From: Eledone cirrhosa
Lineage: Eukaryota
Length of the DNA stretch: 64,000 bases
Assembly (NCBI GenBank): GCA_964016885.1
Contig: OZ024746.1
Location: forward strand, 99,944,001 to 100,008,000
Direction: 5' to 3'
Shown here: positions 22,272-37,200 of the stretch, in pieces
Layout: each line of letters starts with the position of its first letter
How positions within the stretch are numbered: the first letter of the stretch is position 1
Made by a program: the position numbers and the translations under genes
Notes under the pieces: generated by a model
The model's input: only the letters and a program-made list of their open reading frames with translations
Told to the model about the DNA's origin: nothing
The model's database searches: none

Positions 22272-25200
22272 TAGGGCAGTGAATTGGCAGTATTGGTAGA
22301 GGGTTGGATGCCATGCTAGGGTGGTGAATTGGCAGTATTGGTAGAGGGTTGGATGCCAGCTAGGGCAGTGAATTGGCAGTATTGGTAGAGGGTTGGATGT
22401 CATGCTAGGGCAGTGAATTGGCAGTATTGGTAGAGGGTTGGATGCCAGGATAGGGTGATGAATTGGCAGGATTGGTAGAGGGTTGGAGGCCAGCTAGGGC
22501 AGTGAATTGGCAGTATTGGTAGAGGGTTGGATGTCATGCTAGGGCAGTGAAATGGCAGTATTGGTAGAGGATTGGATGCCAGGCTAGGGCAGTGAATTGG
22601 CAGTATTGGTAGAAGGTAGGATGCCATGTTAGGGCAGTGAATTGGCAGTATTGGTAGAGGGTTGGATGCCAGGCTAGGGCAGTGAATTGGCAGGATTGGT
22701 AGAGGATTGTATGCCATGCTAGGGTGGTGAATTGGCAGTATTGGTAGAGGGTTGAATGCCATGCTAGGGCAGTGAATTGGCAGGATTGGTAGAGGGTTGG
22801 ATGCCAGCTAGGGCAGTGAATTGGCAGTATTGGTAGAGGGTTGGATGCCAGGCTAGGGCAGTGAGTTGGCAAGATTGGTAGAGGGTTGGATGCCAGGCTA
22901 GGGCAGTGAATTGGCAGTATTGGTAGAGGGTTGGATGCCATGCTAGGTTGGTGAATTGGCAGTATTGGTAGAGGGTTGGATGCCAGGCTAGGGTGAGGAA
23001 TTGGCAGTATTGGTAGAGGGTTGGATGTCATGCTAGGGCAGTGAATTGGCAGTATTGGTAGAGGGTTGGGTGCCAGCTAGGGCAGTGAATTGGCAGTATT
23101 GGTAGAGGGTTGGATGTCATGCTAGGGCAGTGAATTGGCAGTATTGGTAGAGGATAGGATGCAAGGCTAGGGCAGTGAATTGGCAGTATTGGTAGAGGGT
23201 TGGATGTTATGCTAGGGCAGTGAATTCGCAGTATTGGTAGAGGGTTGGGTGCCAGGCTAGGGCAGTGAATTGGCAGTATTGGTAGAGGGTTAGGTGCCAG
23301 GTTACGGCAGTGAATTGGCAGTATTGGTAGAGGGCTGGATGCCAGCTAGGGCAGTGAATTGGCAGTATTGGTAGAAGTTTGCATGCCAGGCTAGGGCGGT
23401 GAATTGGCAGGATTGGTAAAGGGTTGGATGCCAGTCTAGGGCAGTGAATTGGCAGAATTGGTACAGGGTTGGATGTCATGCTAGGGCAGTGAATTGGCAG
23501 GATTGGTAGAGGGTTGGATGTCATGCTAGGGCAGTGAATTGGCAGTATTAGTAGAGGGTTGGATGCCATGCTAGAACAGTTAATTGGCAGTATTGGTAGA
23601 GGGTTGGATGCCATGCTAGGGCAGTGAATTGGCAGTATTGGTAGAGGGTTGGATGCCATGCTACGGTGGTAAATTGGCAGTATTGGTAGAGGGTTGGATG
23701 TCATGCTAGGGCAGTGAATTGGCAGTATTGGTAGAGGGTTGGATGTCATGCTAGGGCAGTGAATTCGCAGAATTGGTAGAGGGATGGATGTCATGCTAGG
23801 ACAGTGAATTGGCAGTATTGGTAGAGGGTTGGATGCCATGCTAGGGCAGTGAATTGGCAGTATTGGTAGAGGGTTGGATGCCAGGCTAGGGTGGTGAATT
23901 GGCAGTATTGGTAGAGGGTTTGATGCCAGGCTAGGGCAGTGAATTGGCAGTATTGGAAGAGGGTAGGATGCCAGCTAGGGCAGTGAATTGGCAGGATTGG
24001 TAGAGGGTTGGATGCCATGCTCGGGCAGTGAATTGGCAGTATTGGTAGAGGGATGTATGCCATGCTAGGGCAGTGAATTGGCAGTATTGGTAGAGGGTTG
24101 GATGTCATGTTAGGGCAGTGAATTGGCAGTATTGGTAGAGGGTTGGATGCCAGGCTAGGGCAGTGAATTGGCAGTATTGGTAGAGGGTTGGATGCCATGC
24201 TAGGGCAGTGAATTGGCAGTATTGGTAGAGGGTTGGATGCCAGGCTAGGGCAGTGAATTGGCAGTATTGGTAGAGGGTTGGATGCCATGCTAGGTTGGTG
24301 AATTGGCAGTATTGGTAGAGGGTTGGATGCCAGGCTAGGGTGGTGAATTGGCAGTATTGGAAGAGGGTAGGATGCCAGCTAGGGCAGTGAATTGGCAGGA
24401 TTGGTAGAGGGTTGGATGCCATGCTAGGGCATTGAATTGGCAGTATTGGTAGAGGGTTGGATGCCATGCTAGGACAGTGAATTGGCAGTATTGGTAGAGG
24501 GTTGGATGTCATGCTAGGGCATTGAATTGGCAGTATTGGTAGAGGGTTGGATGCCATGCTAGGACAGTGAATTGGCAGTATTGGTAGAGGGTTGGATGCC
24601 ATGCTAGGACAGTGAATTGGCAGTATTGGTAGAGGGTTGGATGCCATGCTAGGGCATTGAATTGGCAGTATTGGTAGAGGGTTGGATGCCATGCTAGGAC
24701 AGTGAATTGGCAGTATTGGTAGAGGGTTGGATGCCATTCTAGGGCATTGAATTGGCAGTATTGGTAGAGGGTTGGATGCCATGCTAGGACAGTGAATTGG
24801 CAGTATTGGTAGAGGGTTGGATGCCATGCTAGGGCAGTGAATTGGCAGTATTGGTAGAGGGTTGGATGCCATGCTAGGTTGGTGAATTGGCAGTATTGGT
24901 AGAGGGTTGGATGCCAGGCTAGGGTGGTGAATTGGCAGTATTGGAAGAGGGTAGGATGCCAGCTAGGGCAGTGAATTGGCAGGATTGGTAGAGGGTTGGA
25001 TGCCATGCTAGGGCATTGAATTGGCAGTATTGGTAGAGGGTTGGATGCCATGCTAGGACAGTGAATTGGCAGTATTGGTAGAGCGTTGGATGCCAGCTAG
25101 GGAAGTGAATTGGCAGTATTGGTAGACGGTAGGATGTCAGCTAGGGCAGTGAATTGGCAGTATTGGTAGAGAGTTGGATGTCATGCTAGGGCAGTGAACT

Positions 25201-28200
25201 GGCAGTATTGGTAGAGGGTTGGATGTCATGCTAGGGCAGTGAATTGGCAGTATTGGTAGAGGGTTGGATGCCATGCTAGGGCAGTGAATTGAGAGTATTG
25301 GTAGAGGGTTGGGTGCCAGGCAAGGGCAGTGAATTGGCAGTATTGGTAGAGGGTTGGATGCCAGGTGAGGGCAGTGAATTGGCAGTAGTGGTAGAGGGTT
25401 GGATGCCAGACTAGGGCAGTGAATTGGCAGTATTGGTAGAGGGTTGGATGCCAGGCTAGGGCAGTGAATTGGCAGTATTGGAAGAGGGTAGGGTGCCAGC
25501 TAGGGCAGTGAATTGGCAGTATTGGTAAAGGGTTGGATGTCATGCTCGGGCAGTGAATTGGCAGTATTGGTAGAGGGATGGATGCCATGCTAGGGCAGTG
25601 AATTGGCAGTATTGGTAGAGGGTTGGATGTCACGTTAGGGCAGTGAATTGGCAGTATTGGTAGAGGGTTGGATGCCAGGCTAGGGCAGTGAATTGGCAGT
25701 ATTGGTAGAGGGTTGGATGCCATGCTAGGGCAGTGAATTGGCAGTATTGGTAGAGGGTTGGATGCCATGCTAGGGCAGTGAATTGGCAGTATTGGTAGAG
25801 GGTTGATGCCAGGCTAGAGCAGTGAATTGGCAGTATTGGTAGAGGATTGGATGCCAGGATAGGGCAGTGAATTGGCAGTATTGGTAGAGGGTTGATGCCA
25901 GGCTAGAGCAGTGAATTGGCAGTATTGGTAGAGGATTGGATGCCAGGCTAGGGCAGTGAATTGGCAGTATTGGTAGAGGGTTGGATGCCATGCTAGGGCA
26001 GTGAATTGGCAGTATTGGAAGAGGGTAGGATGCCTGCTAGGGCAATGAATTGGCAGGATTGGTAGAGGGTTGGATGCCATGCTAGGGCATTGAATTGGCA
26101 GTATTGGTAGAGGGTTGGATGCCATGCTAGGGCAGTGAATTGGCAGGATTGGTAGAGGGTTGGATGCCATGCTAGGGCATTGAATTGGCAGTATTGGTAG
26201 AGGGTTGGATGCCATGCTAGGGCAGTGAATTGGCAGTATTGGTAGAGGGTTGGATGTCATGCTAGGGCAGTGAATTGGCGCAGTATTGGTAGAGGGTTGG
26301 ATGCCAGCTAGGGAAGTGAATTGGCAGTATTGGTAGAGGGTAGGATGTCAGCTAGGGCAGTGAATTGGCAGTATTGGTAGAGGGTTGGATGCCATGCTAG
26401 GGCAGTGAATTGGCAGTATTGGTAGAGGGTTGGATGTCATGCTAGGGCAGTGAATTGGCGCAGTATTGGTAGAGGGTTGGATGCCAGCTAGGGAAGTGAA
26501 TTGGCAGTATTGGTAGAGGGTAGGATGTCAGCTAGGGCAGTGAATTGGCAGTATTGGTAGAGAGTTGGATGCCATGCTAGGGCAGTGAATTGGCAGTATT
26601 GGTAGAGGGTTGGATGCCAGGCTAGGGCAGTGAATTGGCAGTATTGGTAGAGGGTTAGATGCCAGGCTAGGGTGGTGAATTGGCAGAATTGGTAGAGGGT
26701 TTGATGTCATGCTAGGGCAGTGAATTGGCAGTATTGGTAGAGGGTTGGGTGTCATGCTAGGGCAGTGAATTGGCAGGATTGGTAGAGGGTTGGATGCCAT
26801 GCTAGGGCAGTGAAATGGCAGTATTTGTAGAGGGTTGGATGCCAGGCTAGGGTGGTGAATTGGCAGTATTGGTAGAGGGTTGGATGCCAGGCTAGGGCAG
26901 TGAATTGGCAGTATTGGTAGAGGGTTGGATGCCAGGCTAGGGCAGTGAATTGGTAGTATTGGAAGAGGGTTGGATGCCAGGTTAGGGCAGTGAATTGGCA
27001 GTATTGGTAGAGGGTTGGATGCCATGCTAGAGCAGTGAATTGGCAGTATTGGTAGAGGGTTCGATGTCATGCTAGGGCAGTGAATTGGCAGTATTGGTAG
27101 AGGGTTGGATGTCATGCTAGGGCAGTGAATTGGCAGTATTGGTAGATGGTTGGATGCCATGCTAGGGCAGTGAATTGGTAGTATTGGTAGAGGGTTGGAT
27201 GTCATGCTAGGGCAGTGAATTGGCAGTATTGGTAGAGGTTGGATGCCAGGCTAGGCCAGTGAATTGGCAGTATTGGTAGAGGGTTGGATGCCAGGCTAGG
27301 GCAGTGAATTGGCAGGATTGGTAGAGGGTTGAATGCCAGGCTAGGGTGGTGAATTGGCAGTATTGGTAGAGGTTGGGATGTCATGCTAGGGCAGTGAATT
27401 GGCAGTATTGGTAGAGGGTTGGATGCCATGCTAGGGCAGTGAATTGGTAGTATTGGTAGAGGGTTGGATGCCATGCTAGGGCAGTGAATTGGCAGAATTG
27501 GTAGAGGGTTGGATGCCAGGCTAGGGCAGTGAATTGGCAGTATTGGTAGAGGGTCGGATGCCAGGCTAGGGTGGTGAATTGGCAGTATTGGTAGAGGGTT
27601 GGATGCTAGGCTCGGGCAGTGAATTGGCAGTATTGGTAGAGGGTTGGATGCTAGGCTAGAGCAGTGAATTGGCAGTATTGGTAGAGGGTTGGATGCCAGG
27701 CTAGGGCAGTGAATTGGCAGTATTGGTAGAGGGTTAGATGCCAGCCTAGGGTGGTGAATTGGCAGAATTGGTAGAGGGTTCGATGTCATGCTAGGGCAGT
27801 GAATTGGCAGTATTGGTAGAGGGTTGGATGTCATGCTAGGGCAGTGAATTGGCAGGATTGGTAGAGGGTTGGATGTCATGCTAGGGCAGTGAATTGGCAG
27901 TATTGGTAGAGGGTTGGATGCCATGCTAGGGCAGTGAAATGGCAGTATTGGTAGAGGGTTGGATGCCAGGCTAGGGCAGTGAATTGGCAGTATTGGTAGA
28001 GGGTTGGATGCCATGCTAGGTTGGTGAATTGGCAGTATTGGTAGAGGGTTGGATGCCAGGCTAGGGTGAGGAATTGGCAGTATTGGTAGAGGGTTGGATG
28101 TCATGCTAGGGCAGTGAATTGGCAGTATTGGTAGAGGGTTGGGTGCCAGCTAGGGCAGTGAATTGGCAGTATTGGTAGAGGGTTGGATGTCATGCTAGGG

Positions 28201-31200
28201 CAGTGAATTGGCAGTATTGGTAGAGGATAGGATGCAAGGCTAGGGCAGTGAATTGGCAGTATTGGTAGAGGGTTGGATGTTATGCTAGGGCAGTGAATTC
28301 GCAGTATTGGTAGAGGGTTGGGTGCCAGGCTAGGGCAGTGAATTGGCAGTATTGGTAGAGGGTTAGGTGCCAGGTTACGGCAGTGAATTGGCAGTATTGG
28401 TAGAGGGCTGGATGCCAGCTAGGGCAGTGAATTGGCAGGATTGGTAGAGGGTTGGATGCCATGCTAGGGCAGTGAAATGGCAGTATTTGTAGAGGGTTGG
28501 ATGCCAGGCTAGGGTGGTGAATTGGCAGTATTGGTAGAGGGTTGGATGCCAGGCTAGGGCAGTGAATTGGCAGTATTGGTAGAGGGTTGGATGCCAGGCT
28601 AGGGCAGTGAATTGGTAGTATTGGAAGAGGGTTGGATGCCAGGTTAGGGCAGTGAATTGGCAGTATTGGTAGAGGGTTGGATGCCATGCTAGAGCAGTGA
28701 ATTGGCAGTATTGGTAGAGGGTTCGATGTCATGCTAGGGCAGTGAATTGGCAGTATTGGTAGAGGGTTGGATGTCATGCTAGGGCAGTGAATTGGCAGTA
28801 TTGGTAGATGGTTGGATGCCATGCTAGGGCAGTGAATTGGTAGTATTGGTAGAGGGTTGGATGTCATGCTAGGGCAGTGAATTGGCAGTATTGGTAGAGG
28901 TTGGATGCCAGGCTAGGCCAGTGAATTGGCAGTATTGGTAGAGGGTTGGATGCCAGGCTAGGGCAGTGAATTGGCAGGATTGGTAGAGGGTTGAATGCCA
29001 GGCTAGGGTGGTGAATTGGCAGTATTGGTAGAGGTTGGGATGTCATGCTAGGGCAGTGAATTGGCAGTATTGGTAGAGGGTTGGATGCCATGCTACAGTG
29101 GTAAATTGGCAGTATTGGTAGAGGGTTGGATGTCATGCTAGGGCAGTGAATTGGCAGTATTGGTAGAGGGTTGGATGCCATGCTAGGGCAGTGAATTGGT
29201 AGTATTGGTAGAGGGTTGGATGCCATGCTAGGGCAGTGAATTGGCAGAATTGGTAGAGGGTTGGATGCCAGGCTAGGGCAGTGAATTGGCAGTATTGGTA
29301 GAGGGTCGGATGCCAGGCTAGGGTGGTGAATTGGCAGTATTGGTAGAGGGTTGGATGCTAGGCTCGGGCAGTGAATTGGCAGTATTGGTAGAGGGTTGGA
29401 TGCCAGGCTAGAGCAGTGAATTGGCAGTATTGGTAGAGGGTTGGATGCCAGGCTAGGGCAGTGAATTGGCAGTATTGGTAGAGGGTTAGATGCCAGCCTA
29501 GGGTGGTGAATTGGCAGAATTGGTAGAGGGTTCGATGTCATGCTAGGGCAGTGAATTGGCAGTATTGGTAGAGGGTTGGATGTCATGCTAGGGCAGTGAA
29601 TTGGCAGGATTGGTAGAGGGTTGGATGTCATGCTAGGGCAGTGAATTGGCAGTATTGGTAGAGGGTTGGATGCCATGCTAGGGCAGTGAAATGGCAGTAT
29701 TGGTAGAGGGTTGGATGCCAGGCTAGGGCAGTGAATTGGCAGTATTGGTAGAGGGTTGGATGCCATGCTAGGTTGGTGAATTGGCAGTATTGGTAGAGGG
29801 TTGGATGCCAGGCTAGGGTGAGGAATTGGCAGTATTGGTAGAGGGTTGGATGTCATGCTAGGGCAGTGAATTGGCAGTATTGGTAGAGGGTTGGGTGCCA
29901 GCTAGGGCAGTGAATTGGCAGTATTGGTAGAGGGTTGGATGTCATGCTAGGGCAGTGAATTGGCAGTATTGGTAGAGGATAGGATGCAAGGCTAGGGCAG
30001 TGAATTGGCAGTATTGGTAGAGGGTTGGATGTTATGCTAGGGCAGTGAATTCGCAGTATTGGTAGAGGGTTGGGTGCCAGGCTAGGGCAGTGAATTGGCA
30101 GTATTGGTAGAGGGTTAGGTGCCAGGTTACGGCAGTGAATTGGCAGTATTGGTAGAGGGCTGGATGCCAGCTAGGGCAGTGAATTGGCAGTATTGGTAGA
30201 AGTTTGCATGCCAGGCTAGGGCGGTGAATTGGCAGGATTGGTAAAGGGTTGGATGCCAGTCTAGGGCAGTGAATTGGCAGAATTGGTACAGGGTTGGATG
30301 TCATGCTAGGGCAGTGAATTGGCAGGATTGGTAGAGGGTTGGATGTCATGCTAGGGCAGTGAATTGGCAGTATTGGTAGAGGGTTGGATGCCATGCTAGA
30401 ACAGTTAATTGGCAGTATTGGTAGAGGGTTGGATGCCATGCTAGGGCAGTGAATTGGCAGTATTGGTAGAGGGTTGGATGCCATGCTACGGTGGTAAATT
30501 GGCAGTATTGGTAGAGGGTTGGATGTCATGCTAGGGCAGTGAATTGGCAGTATTGGTAGAGGGTTGGATGTCATGCTAGGGCAGTGAATTCGCAGAATTG
30601 GTAGAGGGATGGATGTCATGCTAGGACAGTGAATTGGCAGTATTGGTAGAGGGTTGGATGCCATGCTAGGGCAGTGAATTGGCAGTATTGGTAGAGGGTT
30701 GGATGCCAGGCTAGGGTGGTGAATTGGCAGTATTGGTAGAGGGTTTGATGCCAGGCTAGGGCAGTGAATTGGCAGTATTGGAAGAGGGTAGGATGCCAGC
30801 TAGGGCAGTGAATTGGCAGGATTGGTAGAGGGTTGGATGCCATGCTCGGGCAGTGAATTGGCAGTATTGGTAGAGGGATGTATGCCATGCTAGGGCAGTG
30901 AATTGGCAGTATTGGTAGAGGGTTGGATGTCATGTTAGGGCAGTGAATTGGCAGTATTGGTAGAGGGTTGGATGCCAGGCTAGGGCAGTGAATTGGCAGT
31001 ATTGGTAGAGGGTTGGATGCCATGCTAGGGCAGTGAATTGGCAGTATTGGTAGAGGGTTGGATGCCAGGCTAGGGCAGTGAATTGGCAGTATTGGTAGAG
31101 GGTTGGATGCCATGCTAGGTTGGTGAATTGGCAGTATTGGTAGAGGGTTGGATGCCATGCTAGGGTGGTGAATTGGCAGTATTGGAAGAGGGTAGGATGC

Positions 31201-34200
31201 CAGCTAGGGCAGTGAATTGGCAGGATTGGTAGAGGGTTGGATGCCATGCTAGGGCATTGAATTGGCAGTATTGGTAGAGGGTTGGATGCCATGCTAGGAC
31301 AGTGAATTGGCAGTATTGGTAGAGGGTTGGATGTCATGCTAGGGCATTGAATTGGCAGTATTGGTAGAGGGTTGGATGCCATGCTAGGACAGTGAATTGG
31401 CAGTATTGGTAGAGGGTTGGATGCCATGCTAGGACAGTGAATTGGCAGTATTGGTAGAGGGTTGGATGCCATGCTAGGGCATTGAATTGGCAGTATTGGT
31501 AGAGGGTTGGATGCCATGCTAGGACAGTGAATTGGCAGTATTGGTAGAGGGTTGGATGCCATTCTAGGGCATTGAATTGGCAGTATTGGTAGAGGGTTGG
31601 ATGCCATGCTAGGACAGTGAATTGGCAGTATTGGTAGAGGGTTGGATGCCATGCTAGGGCAGTGAATTGGCAGTATTGGTAGAGGGTTGGATGCCAGGCT
31701 AGGGCAGTGAATTGGCAGTATTGGTAGAGGGTTGGATGCCATGCTAGGTTGGTGAATTGGCAGTATTGGTAGAGGGTTGGATGCCAGGCTAGGGTGGTGA
31801 ATTGGCAGTATTGGAAGAGGGTAGGATGCCAGCTAGGGCAGTGAATTGGCAGGATTGGTAGAGGGTTGGATGCCATGCTAGGGCATTGAATTGACAGTAT
31901 TGGTAGAGGGTTGGATGCCATGCTAGGACAGTGAATTGGCAGTATTGGTAGAGCGTTGGATGCCAGCTAGGGAAGTGAATTGGCAGTATTGGTAGACGGT
32001 AGGATGTCAGCTAGGGCAGTGAATTGGCAGTATTGGTAGAGAGTTGGATGTCATGCTAGGGCAGTGAACTGGCAGTATTGGTAGAGGGTTGGATGTCATG
32101 CTAGGGCAGTGAATTGGCAGTATTGGTAGAGGGTTGGATGCCATGCTAGGGCAGTGAATTGAGAGTATTGGTAGAGGGTTGGGTGCCAGGCAAGGGCAGT
32201 GAATTGGCAGTATTGGTAGAGGGTTGGATGCCAGGTGAGGGCAGTGAATTGGCAGTAGTGGTAGAGGGTTGGATGCCAGACTAGGGCAGTGAATTGGCAG
32301 TATTGGTAGAGGGTTGGATGCCAGGCTAGGGCAGTGAATTGGCAGTATTGGAAGAGGGTAGGGTGCCAGCTAGGGCAGTGAATTGGCAGTATTGGTAAAG
32401 GGTTGGATGTCATGCTCGGGCAGTGAATTGGCAGTATTGGTAGAGGGATGGATGCCATGCTAGGGTAGTGAATTGGCAGTATTGGTAGAGGGTTGGATGT
32501 CACGTTAGGGCAGTGAATTGGCAGTATTGGTAGAGGGTTGGATGCCAGGCTAGGGCAGTGAATTGGCAGTATTGGTAGAGGGTTGGATGCCATGCTAGGG
32601 CAGTGAATTGGCAGTATTGGTAGAGGGATGGATGCCATGCTAGGGCAGTGAATTGGCAGTATTGGTAGAGGGTTGATGCCAGGCTAGAGCAGTGAATTGG
32701 CAGTATTGGTAGAGGATTGGATGCCAGGCTAGGGCAGTGAATTGGCAGTATTGGTAGAGGGTTGATGTCAGGCTAGAGCAGTGAATTGGCAGTATTGGTA
32801 GAGGATTGGATGCCAGGCTAGGGCAGTGAATTGGCAGTATTGGAAGAGGGTAGGATGCCTGCTAGGGCAATGAATTGGCAGGATTGGTAGAGGGTTGGAT
32901 GCCATGCTAGGGCATTGAATTGGCAGTATTGGTAGAGGGTTGGATGCCATGCTAGGGCAGTGAATTGGCAGGATTGGTAGAGGGTTGGATGCCATGCTAG
33001 GGCATTGAATTGGCAGTATTGGTAGAGGGTTGGATGCCATGCTAGGGCAGTGAATTGGCAGTATTGGTAGAGGGTTGGATGTCATGCTAGGGCAGTGAAT
33101 TGGCGCAGTATTGGTAGAGGGTTGGATGCCAGCTAGGGAAGTGAATTGGCAGTATTGGTAGAGGGTAGGATGTCAGCTAGGGCAGTGAATTGGCAGTATT
33201 GGTAGAGGGTTGGATGCCATGCTAGGGCAGTGAATTGGCAGTATTGGTAGAGGGTTGGATGTCATGCTAGGGCAGTGAATTGGCGCAGTATTGGTAGAGG
33301 GTTGGATGCCAGCTAGGGAAGTGAATTGGCAGTATTGGTAGAGGGTAGGATGTCAGCTAGGGCAGTGAATTGGCAGTATTGGTAGAGAGTTGGATGCCAT
33401 GCTAGGGCAGTGAATTGGCAGTATTGGTAGAGGGTTGGATGTCAGCTAGGGCAGTGAATTGGCAGGATTGGTAGAAGGTTGGATGTCATGCTAGGGCAGT
33501 GAAATGGCAGTATTGGTAGAGGGTTGGATGTCATGCTAGGGCAGTGAATTGGCAGTATTGGTAGAGGGTTGGATGCCATGCTAGGGCAGTGAATTGACAG
33601 TATTGGTAGAGGGTTGGATGCCATGCTAGGGCAGTGAATTGGCAGTATAGGTAGAGGGTAGGATGTCAGCTTGGCTAGGGCAGTGAATTGGCAGTATTGG
33701 TAGAGGGTTGGATGCCAGGTTAGTGCAGTGAATTGGCAGTATTGGTAGAGGGTTGGATGCCAGTTTAGGCCAGTGAATTGGCAGTATTGGTAGAGGGTAG
33801 GATGTCAGCTAGGCTAGGGCAGTGAATTGGCAGTATCGGTAGAGGGTTGGATGCCATGCTAGGGCAGTGAATTGGCAGTATTGGTAGAGGGTAGGATGTC
33901 AGCTAGGCTAGGGCAGTGAATTGGCAGTATTCGTAGAGGGTTGGATGCCAGGTTAGTGCAGTGAATTGGCAGTATTGGTAGAGGGTTGTATGTCATGCTA
34001 GGGCAGTGAATTGACAGTATTGGTAGAGGGTTGGATGCAATGCTAGGGCAGTGAATTGGCAGTATTGGTAGAGGGTAGGATGTCAGCTTGGCTAGGGCAG
34101 TGAATTGGCAGTATTGGTAGAGGGTTGGATGCCAGGTTAGTGCAGTGAATTGGCAGTATTGGTAGAGGGTTGTATGTCATGCTAGGGCAGTGAATTGGCA

Positions 34201-37200
34201 GTATTGGTAGAGGGTTGGATGCCAGGCTAGGGCAATGAGTTGGCAGTATTGGTAGAGGGTTGGGTGCCAGGCTAGGGCAGTGAATTGGCAGTATTGGTAG
34301 AGGGTTGGATGCCATGCTAGGGCAGTGAATTGAGAGTATTGGTAGAGGGGTGGATGCCATGCTAGGGCAGTGAATTGGCAGTATTGGTAGAGGGTTGGAT
34401 GCCAGGTTAGGGCAGTGAATTGGCAGTATTGGTAGAGGGTTGGATGCCAGGCTAGGGCAGTGAATTGGCAGTATTGGTAGAGGGTTGGATGCCAGGCTAG
34501 GGCAGTGAATTGGCAGTATTGGAAGAGGGTAGGATGCCAGCTAGGGCAGTGAATTGGCAGTATTGGTAAAGGGTTGGATGTCATGCTCGGGCAGTGAATT
34601 GGCAGTATTGGTAGAGGGTTGGATGCCATGCTAGGGCAGTGAATTGGCAGTATTGGTAGAGGGTAGGATGTCAGCTAGGCTAGGGCAGTGAATTGGCAGT
34701 ATTGGTAGAGGGATGGATGCCATGCTAGGGCAGTGAATTGGCAGTATTGGTAGAGGGTTGGATGTCATTTTAGGGCAGTGAATTGGCAGTATTGGTAGAG
34801 GGTTGGATGCCAGGCTAGAGCAGTGAATTGGCAGTATTGGTAGAGGATTGGATGCCAGGCTAGGGCAGTGAATTGGCAGTATTGGTAGCGGGATGGATGC
34901 CATGCTAGGGCAGTGAATTGGCAGTATTGGTAGAGGGTTCGATGCCAGGCTAGGGCAGTGAATTGGCAGTATTGGTAGAGGGTTGGATGCCATGCTAGGT
35001 TGGTGAATTGGCAGTATTGGTAGAGGGTTGGATGTCATGCTAGGGCAGTGAATTCGCAGAATTGGTAGAGGGATGGATGTCATGCTAGGACAGTGAATTG
35101 GCAGGATTGGTAGAGGGTTGGATGCCATGCTAGGGCATTGAATTGGCAGTATTGGAAGAGTGTAGGATGCCAGCTAGGGCAGTGAATTGGCAGGATTGGT
35201 AGAGGGTTGGATGCCATGCTAGGGCATTGAATTGGCAGTATTGGTAGAGGGTTGGATGCCATGCTAGGGCAGTGAATTGGCAGTATTGGTAGAGGGTTGG
35301 ATGTCATGCTAGGGCAGTGAATTGGCGCAGTATTGGTAGAGGGTTGGATGCCAGCTAGGGCAGTGAATTGGCAGTATTGGTAGAGGGTGGATGCCAGGCT
35401 AGGGCAGTGAATTGGCAGTATTGGTAGCGGGATGGATGCCATGCTAGGGCAGTGAATTGGCAGTATTGGTAGAGGGTTCGATGCCAGGCTAGGGCAGTGA
35501 ATTGGCAGTATTGGTAGAGGGTTGGATGCCAGGTTAGGGCAGTGAATTGGCAGTATTGGTAGAGGGTTGGATGCCAGGCTAGGGCAGTGAATTGGCAGTA
35601 TTGGTAGAGGGTTGGATGCCAGGCTAGGGCAGTGAATTGGCAGTATTGGAAGAGGGTAGGATGCCAGCTAGGGCAGTGAATTGGCAGTATTGGTAAAGGG
35701 TTGGATGTCATGCTCGGGCAGTGAATTGGCAGTATTGGTAGAGGGTTGGATGCCATGCTAGGGCAGTGAATTGGCAGTATTGGTAGAGGGTAGGATGTCA
35801 GTTAGGCTAGGGCAGTGAATTGGCAGTATTGGTAGAGGGATGGATGCCATGCTAGGGCAGTGAATTGGCAGTATTGGTAGAGGGTTGGATGTCATTTTAG
35901 GGCAGTGAATTGGCAGTATTGGTAGAGGGTTGGATGCCAGGCTAGAGCAGTGAATTGGCAGTATTGGTAGAGGATTGGATGCCAGGCTAGGGCAGTGAAT
36001 TGGCAGTATTGGTAGCGGGATGGATGCCATGCTAGGGCAGTGAATTGGCAGTATTGGTAGAGGGTTCGATGCCAGGCTAGGGCAGTGAATTGGCAGTATT
36101 GGTAGAGGGTTGGATGCCATGCTAGGTTGGTGAATTGGCAGTATTGGTAGAGGGTTGGATGTCATGCTAGGGCAGTGAATTCGCAGAATTGGTAGAGGGA
36201 TGGATGTCATGCTAGGACAGTGAATTGGCAGGATTGGTAGAGGGTTGGATGCCATGCTAGGGCATTGAATTGGCAGTATTGGAAGAGTGTAGGATGCCAG
36301 CTAGGGCAGTGAATTGGCAGGATTGGTAGAGGGTTGGATGCCATGCTAGGGCATTGAATTGGCAGTATTGGTAGAGGGTTGGATGCCATGCTAGGGCAGT
36401 GAATTGGCAGTATTGGTAGAGGGTTGGATGTCATGCTAGGGCAGTGAATTGGCGCAGTATTGGTAGAGGGTTGGATGCCAGCTAGGGCAGTGAATTGGCA
36501 GTATTGGTAGAGGGTGGATGCCAGGCTAGGGCAGTGAATTGGCAGTATTGGTAGCGGGATGGATGCCATGCTAGGGCAGTGAATTGGCAGTATTGGTAGA
36601 GGGTTCGATGCCAGGCTAGGGCAGTGAATTGGCAGTATTGGTAGAGGGTTGGATGCCATGCTAGGTTGGTGAATTGGCAGTATTGGTAGAGGGTTGGATG
36701 CCAGGCTAGGGTGGTGAATTGGCAGTATTGGAAGAGTGTAGGATGCCAGCTAGGGCAGTGAATTGGCAGGATTGGTAGAGGGTTGGATGCCATGCTAGGG
36801 CATTGAATTGGCAGTATTGGTAGAGGGTTGGATGCCATGCTAGGGCAGTGAATTGGCAGTATTGGTAGAGGGTTGGATGTCATGCTAGGGCAGTGAATTG
36901 GCGCAGTATTGGTAGAGGGTTGGATGCCAGCTAGGGCAGTGAATTGGCAGTATTGGTAGAGGGTGGATGCCAGGCTAGGGCAGTGAATTGGCAGTATTGG
37001 AAGAGGGTAGGGTGCCAGCTAGGGCAGTCCATTGGCAGTATTGGTAAAGGGTTGGATGTCATGCTCGGGCAGTGAATTGGCAGTATTGGTAGAGGGATGG
37101 ATGCCATGCTAGGGCAGTGAATTGGCAGTATTGGTAGAGGGTTGGATGTCATGTTAGGGCAGTGAATTGGCAGTATTGGTAGAGGGTTGGATGCCAGGCT